A DNA stretch of 64,000 nt, taken from the IMG/VR virus record IMGVR_UViG_3300042197_000642, positions 1 through 64,000 of that record, one strand, 5' to 3'. Numbering within the stretch: the first letter of the stretch is position 1; each line of letters begins with the position of its first letter. Made by a program: the position numbers and the translations under genes. The DNA is from a virus. Shown here piece after piece: positions 35,337-46,011 of the stretch. A model generated the notes under the pieces. It was given only the letters and a program-made list of their open reading frames with translations. It did no database searches and was not told where the DNA came from.

Positions 35337-37814
35337 CTACGTTTTTGGCTGAGCTAAGTAAATAGTAAAAGTTGTGCCTGATGTCAAAAACTCGGGTAAA
35401 GCAGTTTTTAATCTAGATTCAATTGCTACTCTATTGGTGTATAGGTGGGATCTCGCACCATTAGCTATTCCGCCTTCCCAATACAGCTCTTCATCAGTTG
35501 CTGGGCCTTGGTTACCATCAAAGTACGGAAGCAAAAATGGAGTGTTTTCAAGCAATGCGTGGTCTATTGCCAACTCTGCCCCAGGTGTAGCGGGAATCCA
35601 TAAAAACTCCACTTTTGCATTAACTGCATTTTCTGGAGATATTCCAGTTACATAAACTCTAGTCCAGTCTGTAGTTATATTAGTGCTAACTCCTATAGAT
35701 TCATTAATTAAAATATCATTAGAGTCATACCAATATATAGTGCAGATACCTGTTTGGCTACCGCTGTAAGATTTTGTATATATGCTAAAAGTGTAAGAGG
35801 AACCGGGATAATATATAGGAATTAAAACAGATGTCCCTGTAGTTGATTCTACGTTTACTGGCGTAGTAGAGGGTGCTGTAAGTTTTATTACTGATCCAGA
35901 TTTAGCAACCGTTCCAGATACAGTTGTTAATGGTACATTTCCAGTTGTTAAACTAAAAGTAATAGTATTTTCAGTAACTACAGACACAGTGTGTTGTCCG
36001 TCTACTGTCACGTTAATGCCACTTACATTTATAACATCTCCAACTTTAATTTCATGACGTAAAGTAGTGTTTAACTCAACTAAATTAGTTTGTATAAAGT
36101 AAGAATTAACCTGATATGTTGGATCGTCTGGATCCGGGGTTTCAGCGTCTGTAACGTATGTAGCGTTTAAGATGTTCCAAGGCGCTAAAGATCCAGCAAA
36201 ATTTGGATTTATTAACTCATTAATTCTACTTGCTTTTAAAGTAATATGTAAGTTTCTAGCTTCATCAAACTCGGTAACTGCAGCAGATTGCTCAAACTGA
36301 GCTGCGTCAAAATAATGGTGCTCTCCGCTTGCGGCGTTTGCTACAGAAGCAATAGAAATGATAGGAACAGCATAATAAGCAGTAGCTGGAGCAGTTCCAG
36401 TTACAGTAGGTCTTACCGTAAAGATTCCAGTGTTTCCATTTGGCGTAGCGGTTCCGTTAGTTGTAGAAATAGACGTACCAAATCGGTTATACCAATGAAT
36501 ACTTAATGTAACACTTCTAGAGGTAGAGCCAACTGAATAAATGCTAAATGTGTAAGGCAGACCAGCTGTTACTGGTATGCCTGAGCCAATAGGATCTGAC
36601 TCAGCAGCAGAAATAGATACTGTTCCAGCACTGGCGCTTGAGTTAGAGATCCTTAATATTCCACTTTGTTTATTTGGATATCCATTAATAGTAGTTGGTT
36701 CATCCCAAGGAACTGGAAAAGACGATAATACACCTGTTGTTTCTGTTGTAGCAATATCATAAAACGTTTTAGCAAACGACACGGTGTTTGTAGTTACAGC
36801 CGTTAAAGTGACTGGAGAAGTTGTATTTATTAATGGTATAGGTGACCCTGAAATGTTTACTTGGTCTCCAATACTGTAACCGTGTGCGGTATCTAAAGTT
36901 ATAATTAATACGTTTGAGGCTACTTGGTAGTGGGTAACATTGCATGTAGTAAGTGCTTTTAAGACAGCATTAGACTTGCTTTCCCAAAGACCTGTAGACT
37001 CTTCAAAAGAAGAAGAATTGTAATCAAGCATTAAGTTATGGCTCACTACAATACCGTTAACCCCAGGGTTTGGTAAAGACGTATCTGGGTCAGGTACCGC
37101 GTATCCGCTAAACGCTTTTATAAATTCTCTAATACCTTGATTACTACCTTTTTCTTTGTATAACTGAACAGCGTCACGTACAAGGACTCTAGACTGTTGT
37201 AATCCAATTTCTGGTTCAAACTTTAATCCAAACTCTTCTAAAAGAGTAGGGAGTATTGCACCGTTACTAACACTTAAATCGTATCTTTTTGTTGAGTTTT
37301 CTATAAAAGTTCTATATTTATCTAACTCAAACCCAAAAATACTTAAAAACTTATACAAACTTTGATTTGTTTCGTTACTTTTAGCCGAAGACAAACTTGT
37401 ATATTTATAAGGTTCTGGAATGTATTTATATAATAAATTAGCAGTTTTAAAGTCTTTTACTGCTAAAGCTGATACGTCACCTGCTTTAACCCAAACATAT
37501 TGTGAAATATCATAAACAAATAAAGAATAATAATAGAATCTTCCAGTAATTATATCGTTGTCGTCTAATAAAGAAGCAGGATCAAATCCGTAATATCTGT
37601 CTAAAAGTTCTTTTCCTTCAAAAGCACTAGTAGGAAATCCATAAGTTCCTCTAACTAAACGAATTCTATTCCAAGAGCCGCTAGGGCTAGTCCAATTTAA
37701 CTTTATTTGCCCATGACCATACGGTACTGCTGTAAAATCAGTTACAATATAATCAACTAAAGCTGGTTGACCATAAAATGCTGAACCGTAATAATTAATA
37801 CCGTAACGGGACAT
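35337..37814 (-). CDS. Baseplate/tail protein (P2 gpI-like) with carbohydrate-binding-like modules
   Basis: FL..FGFELD..LP.L...FG..LYKEKGS..GI; NP.F CBM-like repeats; follows baseplate J. Confidence 0.75.
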   Translation of the reverse strand: MSRYGINYYGSAFYGQPALVDYIVTDFTAVPYGHGQIKLNWTSPSGSWNRIRLVRGTYGFPTSAFEGKELLDRYYGFDPASLLDDNDIITGRFYYYSLFVYDISQYVWVKAGDVSALAVKDFKTANLLYKYIPEPYKYTSLSSAKSNETNQSLYKFLSIFGFELDKYRTFIENSTKRYDLSVSNGAILPTLLEEFGLKFEPEIGLQQSRVLVRDAVQLYKEKGSNQGIREFIKAFSGYAVPDPDTSLPNPGVNGIVVSHNLMLDYNSSSFEESTGLWESKSNAVLKALTTCNVTHYQVASNVLIITLDTAHGYSIGDQVNISGSPIPLINTTSPVTLTAVTTNTVSFAKTFYDIATTETTGVLSSFPVPWDEPTTINGYPNKQSGILRISNSSASAGTVSISAAESDPIGSGIPVTAGLPYTFSIYSVGSTSRSVTLSIHWYNRFGTSISTTNGTATPNGNTGIFTVRPTVTGTAPATAYYAVPIISIASVANAASGEHHYFDAAQFEQSAAVTEFDEARNLHITLKASRINELINPNFAGSLAPWNILNATYVTDAETPDPDDPTYQVNSYFIQTNLVELNTTLRHEIKVGDVINVSGINVTVDGQHTVSVVTENTITFSLTTGNVPLTTVSGTVAKSGSVIKLTAPSTTPVNVESTTGTSVLIPIYYPGSSYTFSIYTKSYSGSQTGICTIYWYDSNDILINESIGVSTNITTDWTRVYVTGISPENAVNAKVEFLWIPATPGAELAIDHALLENTPFLLPYFDGNQGPATDEELYWEGGIANGARSHLYTNRVAIESRLKTALPEFLTSGTTFTIYLAQPKT

Positions 37815-37818
37815 TTAA

Positions 37819-38295
37819 TTACTCAAATGCTAATAAAGCGTTAACGTTGTCTACTTCTTGAGAGGTAGGGGATACTAAAGCACCACTTGCGTTAATATAA
37901 GTAGTTGGTGTATTAGATCCGCTAGGGCGCCATTCTTGCAAATTAGCAGTTTGTCCAACTTTAGCTTTAACAATTATTCCTATGTTATCGTTAGCAGCTG
38001 GAGTAATAAGATTTTGAGAGTCTGCTGACTTCTTTAAATATTGAGTGTGAGTGTCTGCAACAATGCCGGTTTCAATGTTAGCTAGTCTAGCTCCTACAGT
38101 TGAAAACGTTTGAGAAGACGCACTAAAAGAGCCAACTGAAGACGGTGTTGTTGAAACATTTGGATTAACACCAAGCACTGACTCAATTGCTAATACTTCT
38201 TCTTGTAATGTGTTAGGGTGCGAAGCATCAATAACGTCTGTAACGTTAGTTTTAGACGTAAAGACCTTAACCGAACCTGGATAACTTGCTGCCAT
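37819..38295 (-). CDS. Small structural/fibre protein
   Basis: A.H.N.LQ.EV.AIE..LG; GQTANLQEW. Confidence 0.65.
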   Translation of the reverse strand: MAASYPGSVKVFTSKTNVTDVIDASHPNTLQEEVLAIESVLGVNPNVSTTPSSVGSFSASSQTFSTVGARLANIETGIVADTHTQYLKKSADSQNLITPAANDNIGIIVKAKVGQTANLQEWRPSGSNTPTTYINASGALVSPTSQEVDNVNALLAFE

Positions 38296-38297
38296 GA

Positions 38298-39992
38298 TTA
38301 ACCTGCTATTCCGCCTGAGGCATTGATTGTAAGTACTCCTACTTCAGGTAGCTCATTAAACTCGCAGGTTACATCGGATATAACCACGCCAGTTGCTGTT
38401 CCTGAAGGAGAAACCGCTGTTGATGGTACGTTAGTAGCTGTTAAATTATATGAAAATGTATTTGAACTTGTTGCAGTAATATAGTATCTACCATTAAACA
38501 CAGTATCAACACCAGTAATGCTTACAGTTTCTCCAACTAAAAAGTTATGAGCAACACTAGTAGTAAGAGTAGCCACTCCTGTAGTTAAAACTTTATTAGT
38601 TATAGAAGAAGTTTTAACCGCTGTTTGTTTTGATAATAAAACTGGTGTTACTTGTAAAACACCGCTTATGCTTGATACCGTTTCTAAAACATCACTTAGT
38701 TTAATGGTATCGCCAAACACAACATTGTCTATATCTAATAGTAAATTTAAATCATTTTCTATTTGAGTTCTAATTGCAGAAGTCTTATACTGAGGGGCAA
38801 CCGTTACGTCTACCGTTATATCAATTTTTGCATAAGATGGTGGTTGCACTGTTACAGTAGTATTTGGAGGACATTTATCTATATAGTACTCTAATAATCT
38901 ATTAGCAATTGTATTAAATATAGCTGTCGGATTTAGTGAACCATCAATACCACGATCACCAAATAAAGAAATATATACAGTTACATTAGAATAAACATTT
39001 GCTTTAGCAACAGCTTTTGATATACCTGTTACTTGCAAGGCTAAGCTTGCGTAATCTGCTAAAGATACCGCTCTGTTTAATGCTTTTAAACTAGCAGGAG
39101 CATTAATTCTAATTGAGTCTGTAGACTCTTCGTCAGCCCCCGCTACAGCCGCAGACTGATTATTAACCGATAATCCTGCATTTGAGTTAGTAACAATATA
39201 AGTAAGGGTATTAGCAGAAACGTTTCCTGAATCTCCACCGCCAACTCTGTAAGACGCATATATTTCCGCACCAGAAGGCGGTATTCTTCCACTAACGTTG
39301 TCGCCAAAAGACACATAAGTAATACCATCAGCATCTGTGTTTATAACAAATACTGGGTCACTTCCAGCGTAATCAATTATATAAGGAACTTGATTATAGG
39401 TAATTCCGTTAACACTTATTGAGACGCTACTTTCAATAATTGAAGTTTCTGAAAGTTCAAAAGTTTGACCAGAAGCTCCGTTTGAAGTGCCAATTAATTC
39501 ATCAAATATACTTTCGCCTTGAGTGGCGACAACTGTTGCGCTTCCGTTTACTGTTCCTACTTTAGCTGGAACAGATATAGATGCAGCGGTTTCAAATATG
39601 ATTTGCGTAGACTCTCCATTAACTATAGAAGTAGTTGCTACTTGAGTAAGGGCGGGTACAGTTATTGTACCCGAACTACTATTTTGAAAAGTTAACTCAA
39701 CAAGAGCTGCTGTTTTTTGTGTTGGTACATACCCTAATAGCGATGCAATTTGCAATACGCTGTTTCTTTGACTTGCTGTAGTAATAAAAGACTCATTAGT
39801 AGATCTATCAATATTGTAATTAAGTAAGTCGCCTACGTAAGAAAACAATTCTAATAAAACAATACCAAAGTCTGCAGCATTTCGTGAGGACCACTCTGGG
39901 GCATAGAGCGGGATTAAATCAAGCAAATCTTGTCTAATAGACGTGTAGTCTCTAGATGTATAATTTACTTGAGGAATAAAATTAGTACTCAC
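38298..39992 (-). CDS. Baseplate wedge protein (gpJ/gp6-like)
   Basis: YTSRDY, DFG.VLLE, FGD...G.IPP, YRVGGG..GN, RAVS.ADY. Confidence 0.9.
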   Translation of the reverse strand: MSTNFIPQVNYTSRDYTSIRQDLLDLIPLYAPEWSSRNAADFGIVLLELFSYVGDLLNYNIDRSTNESFITTASQRNSVLQIASLLGYVPTQKTAALVELTFQNSSSGTITVPALTQVATTSIVNGESTQIIFETAASISVPAKVGTVNGSATVVATQGESIFDELIGTSNGASGQTFELSETSIIESSVSISVNGITYNQVPYIIDYAGSDPVFVINTDADGITYVSFGDNVSGRIPPSGAEIYASYRVGGGDSGNVSANTLTYIVTNSNAGLSVNNQSAAVAGADEESTDSIRINAPASLKALNRAVSLADYASLALQVTGISKAVAKANVYSNVTVYISLFGDRGIDGSLNPTAIFNTIANRLLEYYIDKCPPNTTVTVQPPSYAKIDITVDVTVAPQYKTSAIRTQIENDLNLLLDIDNVVFGDTIKLSDVLETVSSISGVLQVTPVLLSKQTAVKTSSITNKVLTTGVATLTTSVAHNFLVGETVSITGVDTVFNGRYYITATSSNTFSYNLTATNVPSTAVSPSGTATGVVISDVTCEFNELPEVGVLTINASGGIAG

Positions 39993-40389
39993 TTAGTCCC
40001 TCCAAAATAGCGTCTCCACTTCTTGTAAACAAACCATACTTTATACTTACTACATCATCTTCATTTGTTGGAAGTTTGTAAGTTACAGTAAACTCAAGTG
40101 TACCATCTTCTGGTTTTAAAACTTCTACTTTGTTTAACACTAAATCGGGAAGCCACTTAGAAAACCCGGCTCTTACCTCTGAAACAACTATAGATTCGGC
40201 TTCTGATTCAGTTTCAAAAACGGAAGTTCTGGCTGCAGTTCCAAATGTAGGTACCATAACCCTTTCGTTGTATAGGCTCATAATTACACTTATGACCCTA
40301 TCTTGGTATATCTTTTTGTAATCTGTTGTATACCCAACTTCACCTGCAGCGGTAAAAGTAAAAGGCAAAGCAATGCATCTTTGCGACAT
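39982..40389 (-). CDS. gp25/GPW-like baseplate protein
   Basis: ERVM.PTFG, W.P motif; position. Confidence 0.85.
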   Translation of the reverse strand: MSQRCIALPFTFTAAGEVGYTTDYKKIYQDRVISVIMSLYNERVMVPTFGTAARTSVFETESEAESIVVSEVRAGFSKWLPDLVLNKVEVLKPEDGTLEFTVTYKLPTNEDDVVSIKYGLFTRSGDAILEGLSEY

Positions 40390-41072
40390 TACTCAGCTCC
40401 TATCCATACGGGAAAGTTAGGGTCTCCTGCTATAAACATTACCCAAACTATGGTTCCTGGTTGTGGTTTCCATTTTCCTATTAAGTTTATAGTAGCAATA
40501 ATTCCTGGAGTTGCCGGCCCAATCCCTGCATTATCATGGCTTAAAAAGGTGTTGCTGTTACTTGCAGACGAGACAAATTGTATGTAATCCCCAGCATCTA
40601 AGTCTAAAATTAATGATACGGTCATCGTTATTTCAGCGCCGCTTCCGGCTAATGTAATTTTGGTGTTGCTATCTGGAATGTCTATTCCGTTCTTTCTGTA
40701 CCACATATTAGCAGTTCCAGTATTAGCGCTTGATTTAGTAAACATGCAAGAAAACTGAGCAAAGTAATCTCCTGTCTCTTCTACATAAATACGAGTTCCA
40801 TCTAAGTAAGTTTTACTAGTGTCAAGCTCAAACCAGTTATTAACTACTGTAGGAGTATTAACCCCAATAGCTTGGTCTGCTATTGTGTAAAAAGTTCCAT
40901 AAGGGTATTTAGACTGTCCAATACTTCCACTAGATGCCCTGACCCAATCAGTTACATTGTTGCCAAACAGTTGAGGAACTTTAATTCTTACACGCCCTTG
41001 ACTTTCGGGGTCGTTAGAGTCAACAACTAAACCTTCGTATAATCCGTAATACCTGCGATCTGCATCTATCAT
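40389..41072 (-). CDS. Baseplate spike (gp5/gpV OB-fold) with inserted beta-sandwich
   Basis: YYGLYEG.VV..NDP..QGRVRIKVP and P.PG..VWV.F..GDP.FPVW split by about 145 aa; start 41072. Confidence 0.8.
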   Translation of the reverse strand: MIDADRRYYGLYEGLVVDSNDPESQGRVRIKVPQLFGNNVTDWVRASSGSIGQSKYPYGTFYTIADQAIGVNTPTVVNNWFELDTSKTYLDGTRIYVEETGDYFAQFSCMFTKSSANTGTANMWYRKNGIDIPDSNTKITLAGSGAEITMTVSLILDLDAGDYIQFVSSASNSNTFLSHDNAGIGPATPGIIATINLIGKWKPQPGTIVWVMFIAGDPNFPVWIGAE

Positions 41073-42394
41073 TTTTTCAATAACCTTTTTATTACAACCG
41101 GTGGTTTGTAGGAACTTGTAGGTTGAACTACTCTTAAGTCTCTTAAAGTACTGCTCCATTTAGGAGACATTGTTTGAGCCTTTTTATTATTTAGTTTGTT
41201 TAAAGATGAGTTAGATGTCTTTTTATAAAAACCGCTAACTTTTAATTTAGTTTTGTTTTTAGTTTTTGTGTTTCTAACATTTGGTTTTATAATTCTTTTT
41301 TCCTCAGAACTTGGGTTTTCAATTAATCCGAATCGATCCCAGTTGTTAGACTTTCCTAGAGCGTCAATACCTAATTCTAAAACTGTTGTATATACTAAAG
41401 TGTTTATTCCTGTTCTTTCAATCTTATGTTCTAGCGATAAGATTACCCAGTACCCGCTATATTCAGAACCAACGCCAGAAAGGTATATAGGTAAATCTGG
41501 TCTAAGATCTGGACTTCCTATTACTTCCGCATAACCTCGGTATCCAAAGCGTTGTCTTTCTTCAGCAGCTTTTGTTTCCCACATAGCAACTTCAGAGTTA
41601 GAAACTACTGTATTAACAGAAAATCTATCAAACTGTTCGGGAACAACATTCTTTCTAGAAGACCTTTTACTTTTTTGTTTTACATACTGAAGTTCAATTT
41701 TAGAAAACCTATCAACTCCGGCATAAGATAACGCAGATTTAGCATCATCTTCTTCATCTCCAAATTGTAGACTTTCTCCAATAATAGGTCTAAAACTATA
41801 AGTGTCTGTTCCTCCTAAAGTTTCAACAGTGCTCATAGTAAATCTTTTTGCATAAGCTCTATTTTCAGAATAGTCTTTTGATAATGGATAGAAGTATAAA
41901 GACGTGTTTTCTGCTCTTAAGGTATATCCTATTTTTTTAGCTAACCACACAAGCAATTGCCAGTCAGTTCTTCCGGCTTGAGCTATTTGAGAAAACACTC
42001 TTTTATGAGGTTCAACAAAGTAAGAAAACTCATATTTACGAGCAATCTTTTTAAGAACTTGGTCTGCAGTTACATTTGTATAAATAGTTTGAGATGTATT
42101 TTTCATAACGTAAGACGCTCCAATAATATGTACTTCTACACTTCGCTCTCCTGGAGAATATATTGGTTTTATATGATGTACATACCCGTTAAACGTTTTA
42201 GTAGATGAACCAAGAGTATTTAAAGTAATTACTACTGGAGACATAGGTTTTACGTCGTAATAGTCTACTTCCCAATCTTTAAATAATATTATTGTGTATT
42301 CATGCTCATATCTTGCTTGTTTTAAATTAAACTCGTATACTAAACTAGGTCCTGACACACTATATGGAAAGTCTACAGTTACATATTTAAACAT
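41069..42394 (-). CDS. Baseplate hub (late control D/gp27-like)
   Basis: F.GYV, Q..RTDW.LL..LA..IG, G.P.LRP, YSG.W. Confidence 0.82.
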   Translation of the reverse strand: MFKYVTVDFPYSVSGPSLVYEFNLKQARYEHEYTIILFKDWEVDYYDVKPMSPVVITLNTLGSSTKTFNGYVHHIKPIYSPGERSVEVHIIGASYVMKNTSQTIYTNVTADQVLKKIARKYEFSYFVEPHKRVFSQIAQAGRTDWQLLVWLAKKIGYTLRAENTSLYFYPLSKDYSENRAYAKRFTMSTVETLGGTDTYSFRPIIGESLQFGDEEDDAKSALSYAGVDRFSKIELQYVKQKSKRSSRKNVVPEQFDRFSVNTVVSNSEVAMWETKAAEERQRFGYRGYAEVIGSPDLRPDLPIYLSGVGSEYSGYWVILSLEHKIERTGINTLVYTTVLELGIDALGKSNNWDRFGLIENPSSEEKRIIKPNVRNTKTKNKTKLKVSGFYKKTSNSSLNKLNNKKAQTMSPKWSSTLRDLRVVQPTSSYKPPVVIKRLLKK

Positions 42395-42671
42395 TTAACA
42401 AAATCTTTACTTTAGTACCCGCAGGTATAGTTAAAGTGTCTTTAATTTGAGGATTAAGCTCTGGTATTAACCACCATAATTTAGGGCTTTTATAAAATCT
42501 ATTAGCTATTTGGTCTAACCTTTCGTCTTCTACCACAGTATGTTCTAAGTATTGAATAATTCCAAATGTAGAAAACTCATAGAAAACTACCGGTAACGCA
42601 TCTCCATTAACCTCAGTAGTAACAAAATCTACCAATGCGTTATCGTATCTAGACCCTCTATAAATTGCCAT
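42387..42671 (-). CDS. LysM-like baseplate protein (gpX/gp53-like)
   Basis: ERLDQIA..FY..P.LWWLI...NP..IPAGT. Confidence 0.82.
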   Translation of the reverse strand: MAIYRGSRYDNALVDFVTTEVNGDALPVVFYEFSTFGIIQYLEHTVVEDERLDQIANRFYKSPKLWWLIPELNPQIKDTLTIPAGTKVKILLNV

Positions 42672-42686
42672 ATGTAACTCTCTTTT

Positions 42687-43871
42687 CTACTCTTTGTTTT
42701 CTAGACCAAAACCTGTGTAAATCCACAAATCAAAAGCAAGTTCTGTTCTTAATGGAATCATATTAGTATTAAAAGCAGTGTGTTTAATTGAAACCGATTG
42801 CAACCAACCTACATAAGATAATGGCTTTAAAGATGTTGAAGAGGGCCCAAATTCAACTGCAGTTAACGCAGGATACAAATAACCCAAATCATAAGTTTCT
42901 CTACCTAACGGATTGACTGGTTGTTTATTTTCAAGTAGAGTACCAGCGTTTATCATTCTAAAAATGTATTCAATATCATGCATTGTGCCGTATTCCATTA
43001 AGTTTTTTAACTTTTTACCAAATGGCGTTCCAGTGTCTGAGTTTAATCCTTGTTTGTAGTAACCTTTATAATTTGTTTCTAGTTGGCTTTGATCACCGTT
43101 ATTTTCAATGTAAGACCTATAAATAGCCGCAAAGTCATTTGTTCTATCTATCATTAAACTAAAGGTTAAATGCTCTTGGCTTGGAAAAATACCAGCCACA
43201 GCCCTAAATCGGTCTCCCGCGTCTGGAACAATGTCCATTTTTGTTGCAACTTGAAGTTGAATCTCCTGTGGATTCCATAAGAATTGAAAACCGGCTGGCT
43301 TATAAAACGTTATTGCATTTCTTGCCTGATCGCCTCCTCCTAAGTTTTCTGTACTTTTAAGTTGGTTTTCTCTAGTTCTTGCAGTTTGGCCACTTGGCAG
43401 ACTGCGACCACCTTCAGTGTTTGTGTTGGGTGTTTGAGTATTAGACGTTGTACTTTCTTCTACCCCAGCAATGTCAGAGTACAGCCACATTTTTCCTCTA
43501 CGTCTAGAGTGGGCTGCTGTAACATCTGAAAGGTTATCTAAATTACTTGGGTTTAAAGGTAAACTCCATTCGTGTGGAGGTAAATTAAACTCAACACCAT
43601 CTGTTGTAAGCTTTCCTTCAGATTGAGGGTATTCTTTTTTAAGACCTCTTACATATTTTCTATTTCTTACTTTTTCATCAATAGGTTTATCTGGTAACGG
43701 TAGATTAAAGTTATTAGTAAAGTTGTCAGGACGTAAAGGTTGAAACGCTGGCACTTGAACAAGAGTTGGTACACCGTTTATTAATACAGTTGTAGTTGTT
43801 GTTGGGGCTTGGAAACTTGATTTAACTGATTTACTAATATTTCTATTTGTGTTAGATGGTCCGACACCCAT
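42687..43871 (-). CDS. Tail tube initiator-like protein
   Basis: FQFLWNP, F...MIP.R; between tape measure and LysM gene. Confidence 0.6.
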   Translation of the reverse strand: MGVGPSNTNRNISKSVKSSFQAPTTTTTVLINGVPTLVQVPAFQPLRPDNFTNNFNLPLPDKPIDEKVRNRKYVRGLKKEYPQSEGKLTTDGVEFNLPPHEWSLPLNPSNLDNLSDVTAAHSRRRGKMWLYSDIAGVEESTTSNTQTPNTNTEGGRSLPSGQTARTRENQLKSTENLGGGDQARNAITFYKPAGFQFLWNPQEIQLQVATKMDIVPDAGDRFRAVAGIFPSQEHLTFSLMIDRTNDFAAIYRSYIENNGDQSQLETNYKGYYKQGLNSDTGTPFGKKLKNLMEYGTMHDIEYIFRMINAGTLLENKQPVNPLGRETYDLGYLYPALTAVEFGPSSTSLKPLSYVGWLQSVSIKHTAFNTNMIPLRTELAFDLWIYTGFGLENKE

Positions 43872-45856
43872 TATTGTGTCCTCGCTTTGCTCTGTAATGC
43901 TTTATCATTTAAAGATCTTTCAAGGTCATTAGCTAAAGACTTACCATCAAAAGAAGACCCTTTAGGTATAATGATTTCTACTTTTACTCCACCATAATTA
44001 ATTACACTACCAGAAGCTGATCCAGACATGCTTCTAAACAAATTTGGAAATATAGAGGTTAATCTAGAAAAGAAACCACCTCCGCTATCAGAATCTGAGC
44101 TTCTAACCGTATTTACAACAGAATTACCAGAAGATGTGTTTAGTCCAAGCTTTTTAGAAGTATTCCACCAAGCATCCCAATCGGTTCCTTGGTTTGACAT
44201 TTCATAACCAATCATTGCATTTTTTAATGGATCATAAAGAATATCATTACTAGAAAGACCAAACTTCTTTCTACGAGCTGGCCCTAAGTCTCCAAGCATA
44301 TTAATTTGAAATAAACCGTATGATAAATCTCCAGTACTTGCATCTGGGTTTAACTCACCAGGTTTTCTTGCAGACTCTTGTCCAATAACTCTCATAGCTG
44401 TTCCAATTTGGCTTCCTTTAAAACCAACATGGGCTAATATTTCTTTAACTTTTGCAGAATTCATTCTTCCTTCAGAATCTAAATCTTTATTAGACCATTC
44501 AGGGTGTGGGTGTTGGTGGACGTAACCGCCTTCGTGTCTAGCTCCTGCCATACGTAAATCATTATTAGAAACAACATACCCAGAAGCATTTGGAATAAAT
44601 AACTCAGGACCAGCTTCTCCTACAAGATAAGCATTTTTAGAATTAGCAGAGCCGCCTTTAGCTCTAGGCGCTATGCTATCAGTAACACCCGCAAGCACTG
44701 CTGGTAGAGTAGCAAACCCAAGCAAGGCATTTAATCTTGCTAAACTTTCAGCAAGAACTCCTGCAGCTTCATTAGCTTTTGATAATCCATATGTTTCAGC
44801 TCTAGCTGTTGATTGAACCATGCCCATATCAGCAGCAGCACGGTTTGAGGCGCTAAGCATTCCTTCTGTAGTAAATCCAAGTTTTAATAAATTTGATTTA
44901 GTGCTTACATCGTAAGCTGAAGCTCCGCCAGACATTGCTTTTGCTATTAAAATTGAAGCAATAATGTTACGAGCTAGTGAGTCGTCGCCAATAAGTTGAT
45001 TTAATAAAGAATCAAGTGATCGACCTGGAAGTAAGCCACGTTGTATATCTTCTTTAGTTATAGGACTACTACCTATTTTTTGACTATTTATTCTGTTCCA
45101 AATTTGATCTGCTATTGTTCTAGGATCTTTTGGTCTTCCAGTTTCTGGGTCTGTAACAGAAAGGCCCATCATTCTTGCTCTATTTTGGTTTGAAGGTTGC
45201 ATAATCGAATTAAATAAAGATGTTGCTGTTTTTTCAAAACCAGCTCCTGGAACTAGATTTGACATAGCTCCAGCACCTTGTAAAAAGGAACTAGCGTTTA
45301 CATCACCCATAATGCCAAAGTTACTTCTGTAAGATAACTGGCCAATACCAGCGTACACATCCATTGGGTTAGTTATTGTTGAGTTTCGTGCTATCTCTCT
45401 TGTGAATTGGCTAGCCGCGTTGTATCGTCCTGTAAGGCCAGTTCCGTCAACATCTCTAGCAGGCATAGTCATTCCAAACAAGCCAGGTTGACCTTGCGCA
45501 CCTGGTGAAAACATTCCGGCTAACCTAGTATTTGAATAATTAACAAAGTTAGCCTGAGTAGCGCCCGGCATTAAAGACATCGCTCCAGCAAGGCCTGAGA
45601 CAGCTAACCCAGTAAATGAAGGTCTTCCGTTTTGGCTACCACCATTTGCAAATGGCGGATTAACTACATTTTGCGCTCCGTATGGTGGCACGCCTGCGCC
45701 ACCATCAGTTTGAGTTAAATTAGTAAAGGTAGGCTTAGGCATAACAGTGTTAGAGCTGTTAACAATTGCTCCACCACTGCCCCCTCCACCAACGTCTTGT
45801 AGGCCAGCTTTAACTGCGTTAGCAATTAAACGTCCTAAATCATTGACGTTTGCCAT
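43871..45856 (-). CDS. Tape measure protein with lytic transglycosylase domain
   Basis: RAKGG..YLVGEAGPELF; ES..N..TGDLSYGLFQINM..LYDP..N..W.AW. Confidence 0.85.
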   Translation of the reverse strand: MANVNDLGRLIANAVKAGLQDVGGGGSGGAIVNSSNTVMPKPTFTNLTQTDGGAGVPPYGAQNVVNPPFANGGSQNGRPSFTGLAVSGLAGAMSLMPGATQANFVNYSNTRLAGMFSPGAQGQPGLFGMTMPARDVDGTGLTGRYNAASQFTREIARNSTITNPMDVYAGIGQLSYRSNFGIMGDVNASSFLQGAGAMSNLVPGAGFEKTATSLFNSIMQPSNQNRARMMGLSVTDPETGRPKDPRTIADQIWNRINSQKIGSSPITKEDIQRGLLPGRSLDSLLNQLIGDDSLARNIIASILIAKAMSGGASAYDVSTKSNLLKLGFTTEGMLSASNRAAADMGMVQSTARAETYGLSKANEAAGVLAESLARLNALLGFATLPAVLAGVTDSIAPRAKGGSANSKNAYLVGEAGPELFIPNASGYVVSNNDLRMAGARHEGGYVHQHPHPEWSNKDLDSEGRMNSAKVKEILAHVGFKGSQIGTAMRVIGQESARKPGELNPDASTGDLSYGLFQINMLGDLGPARRKKFGLSSNDILYDPLKNAMIGYEMSNQGTDWDAWWNTSKKLGLNTSSGNSVVNTVRSSDSDSGGGFFSRLTSIFPNLFRSMSGSASGSVINYGGVKVEIIIPKGSSFDGKSLANDLERSLNDKALQSKARTQ

Positions 45857-45864
45857 GTCACCTC

Positions 45865-46011
45865 CTACTTACGCTTTGCTCGGTCTAACCAATTAAATCT
45901 ATCTCTTCTAGATAGTCCTCGTATATCTGACAAAGACCATCCAGTAAATATTCTGGACAATACCTCGTATTGATCCATTAAATCTCTATAGTTGTTTTCA
46001 CTATACTCGAA
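45865..46011 (-). CDS. Tail assembly chaperone downstream frame (gpT/GpE-like), probably reached by +1 frameshift
   Basis: Open frame FEYSENNYRDLMDQYEVLSRIFTGWSLSDIRGLSRRDRFNWL begins at TTT CGA in the upstream gene. Confidence 0.7.
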   Translation of the reverse strand, partial: FEYSENNYRDLMDQYEVLSRIFTGWSLSDIRGLSRRDRFNWLDRAKRK

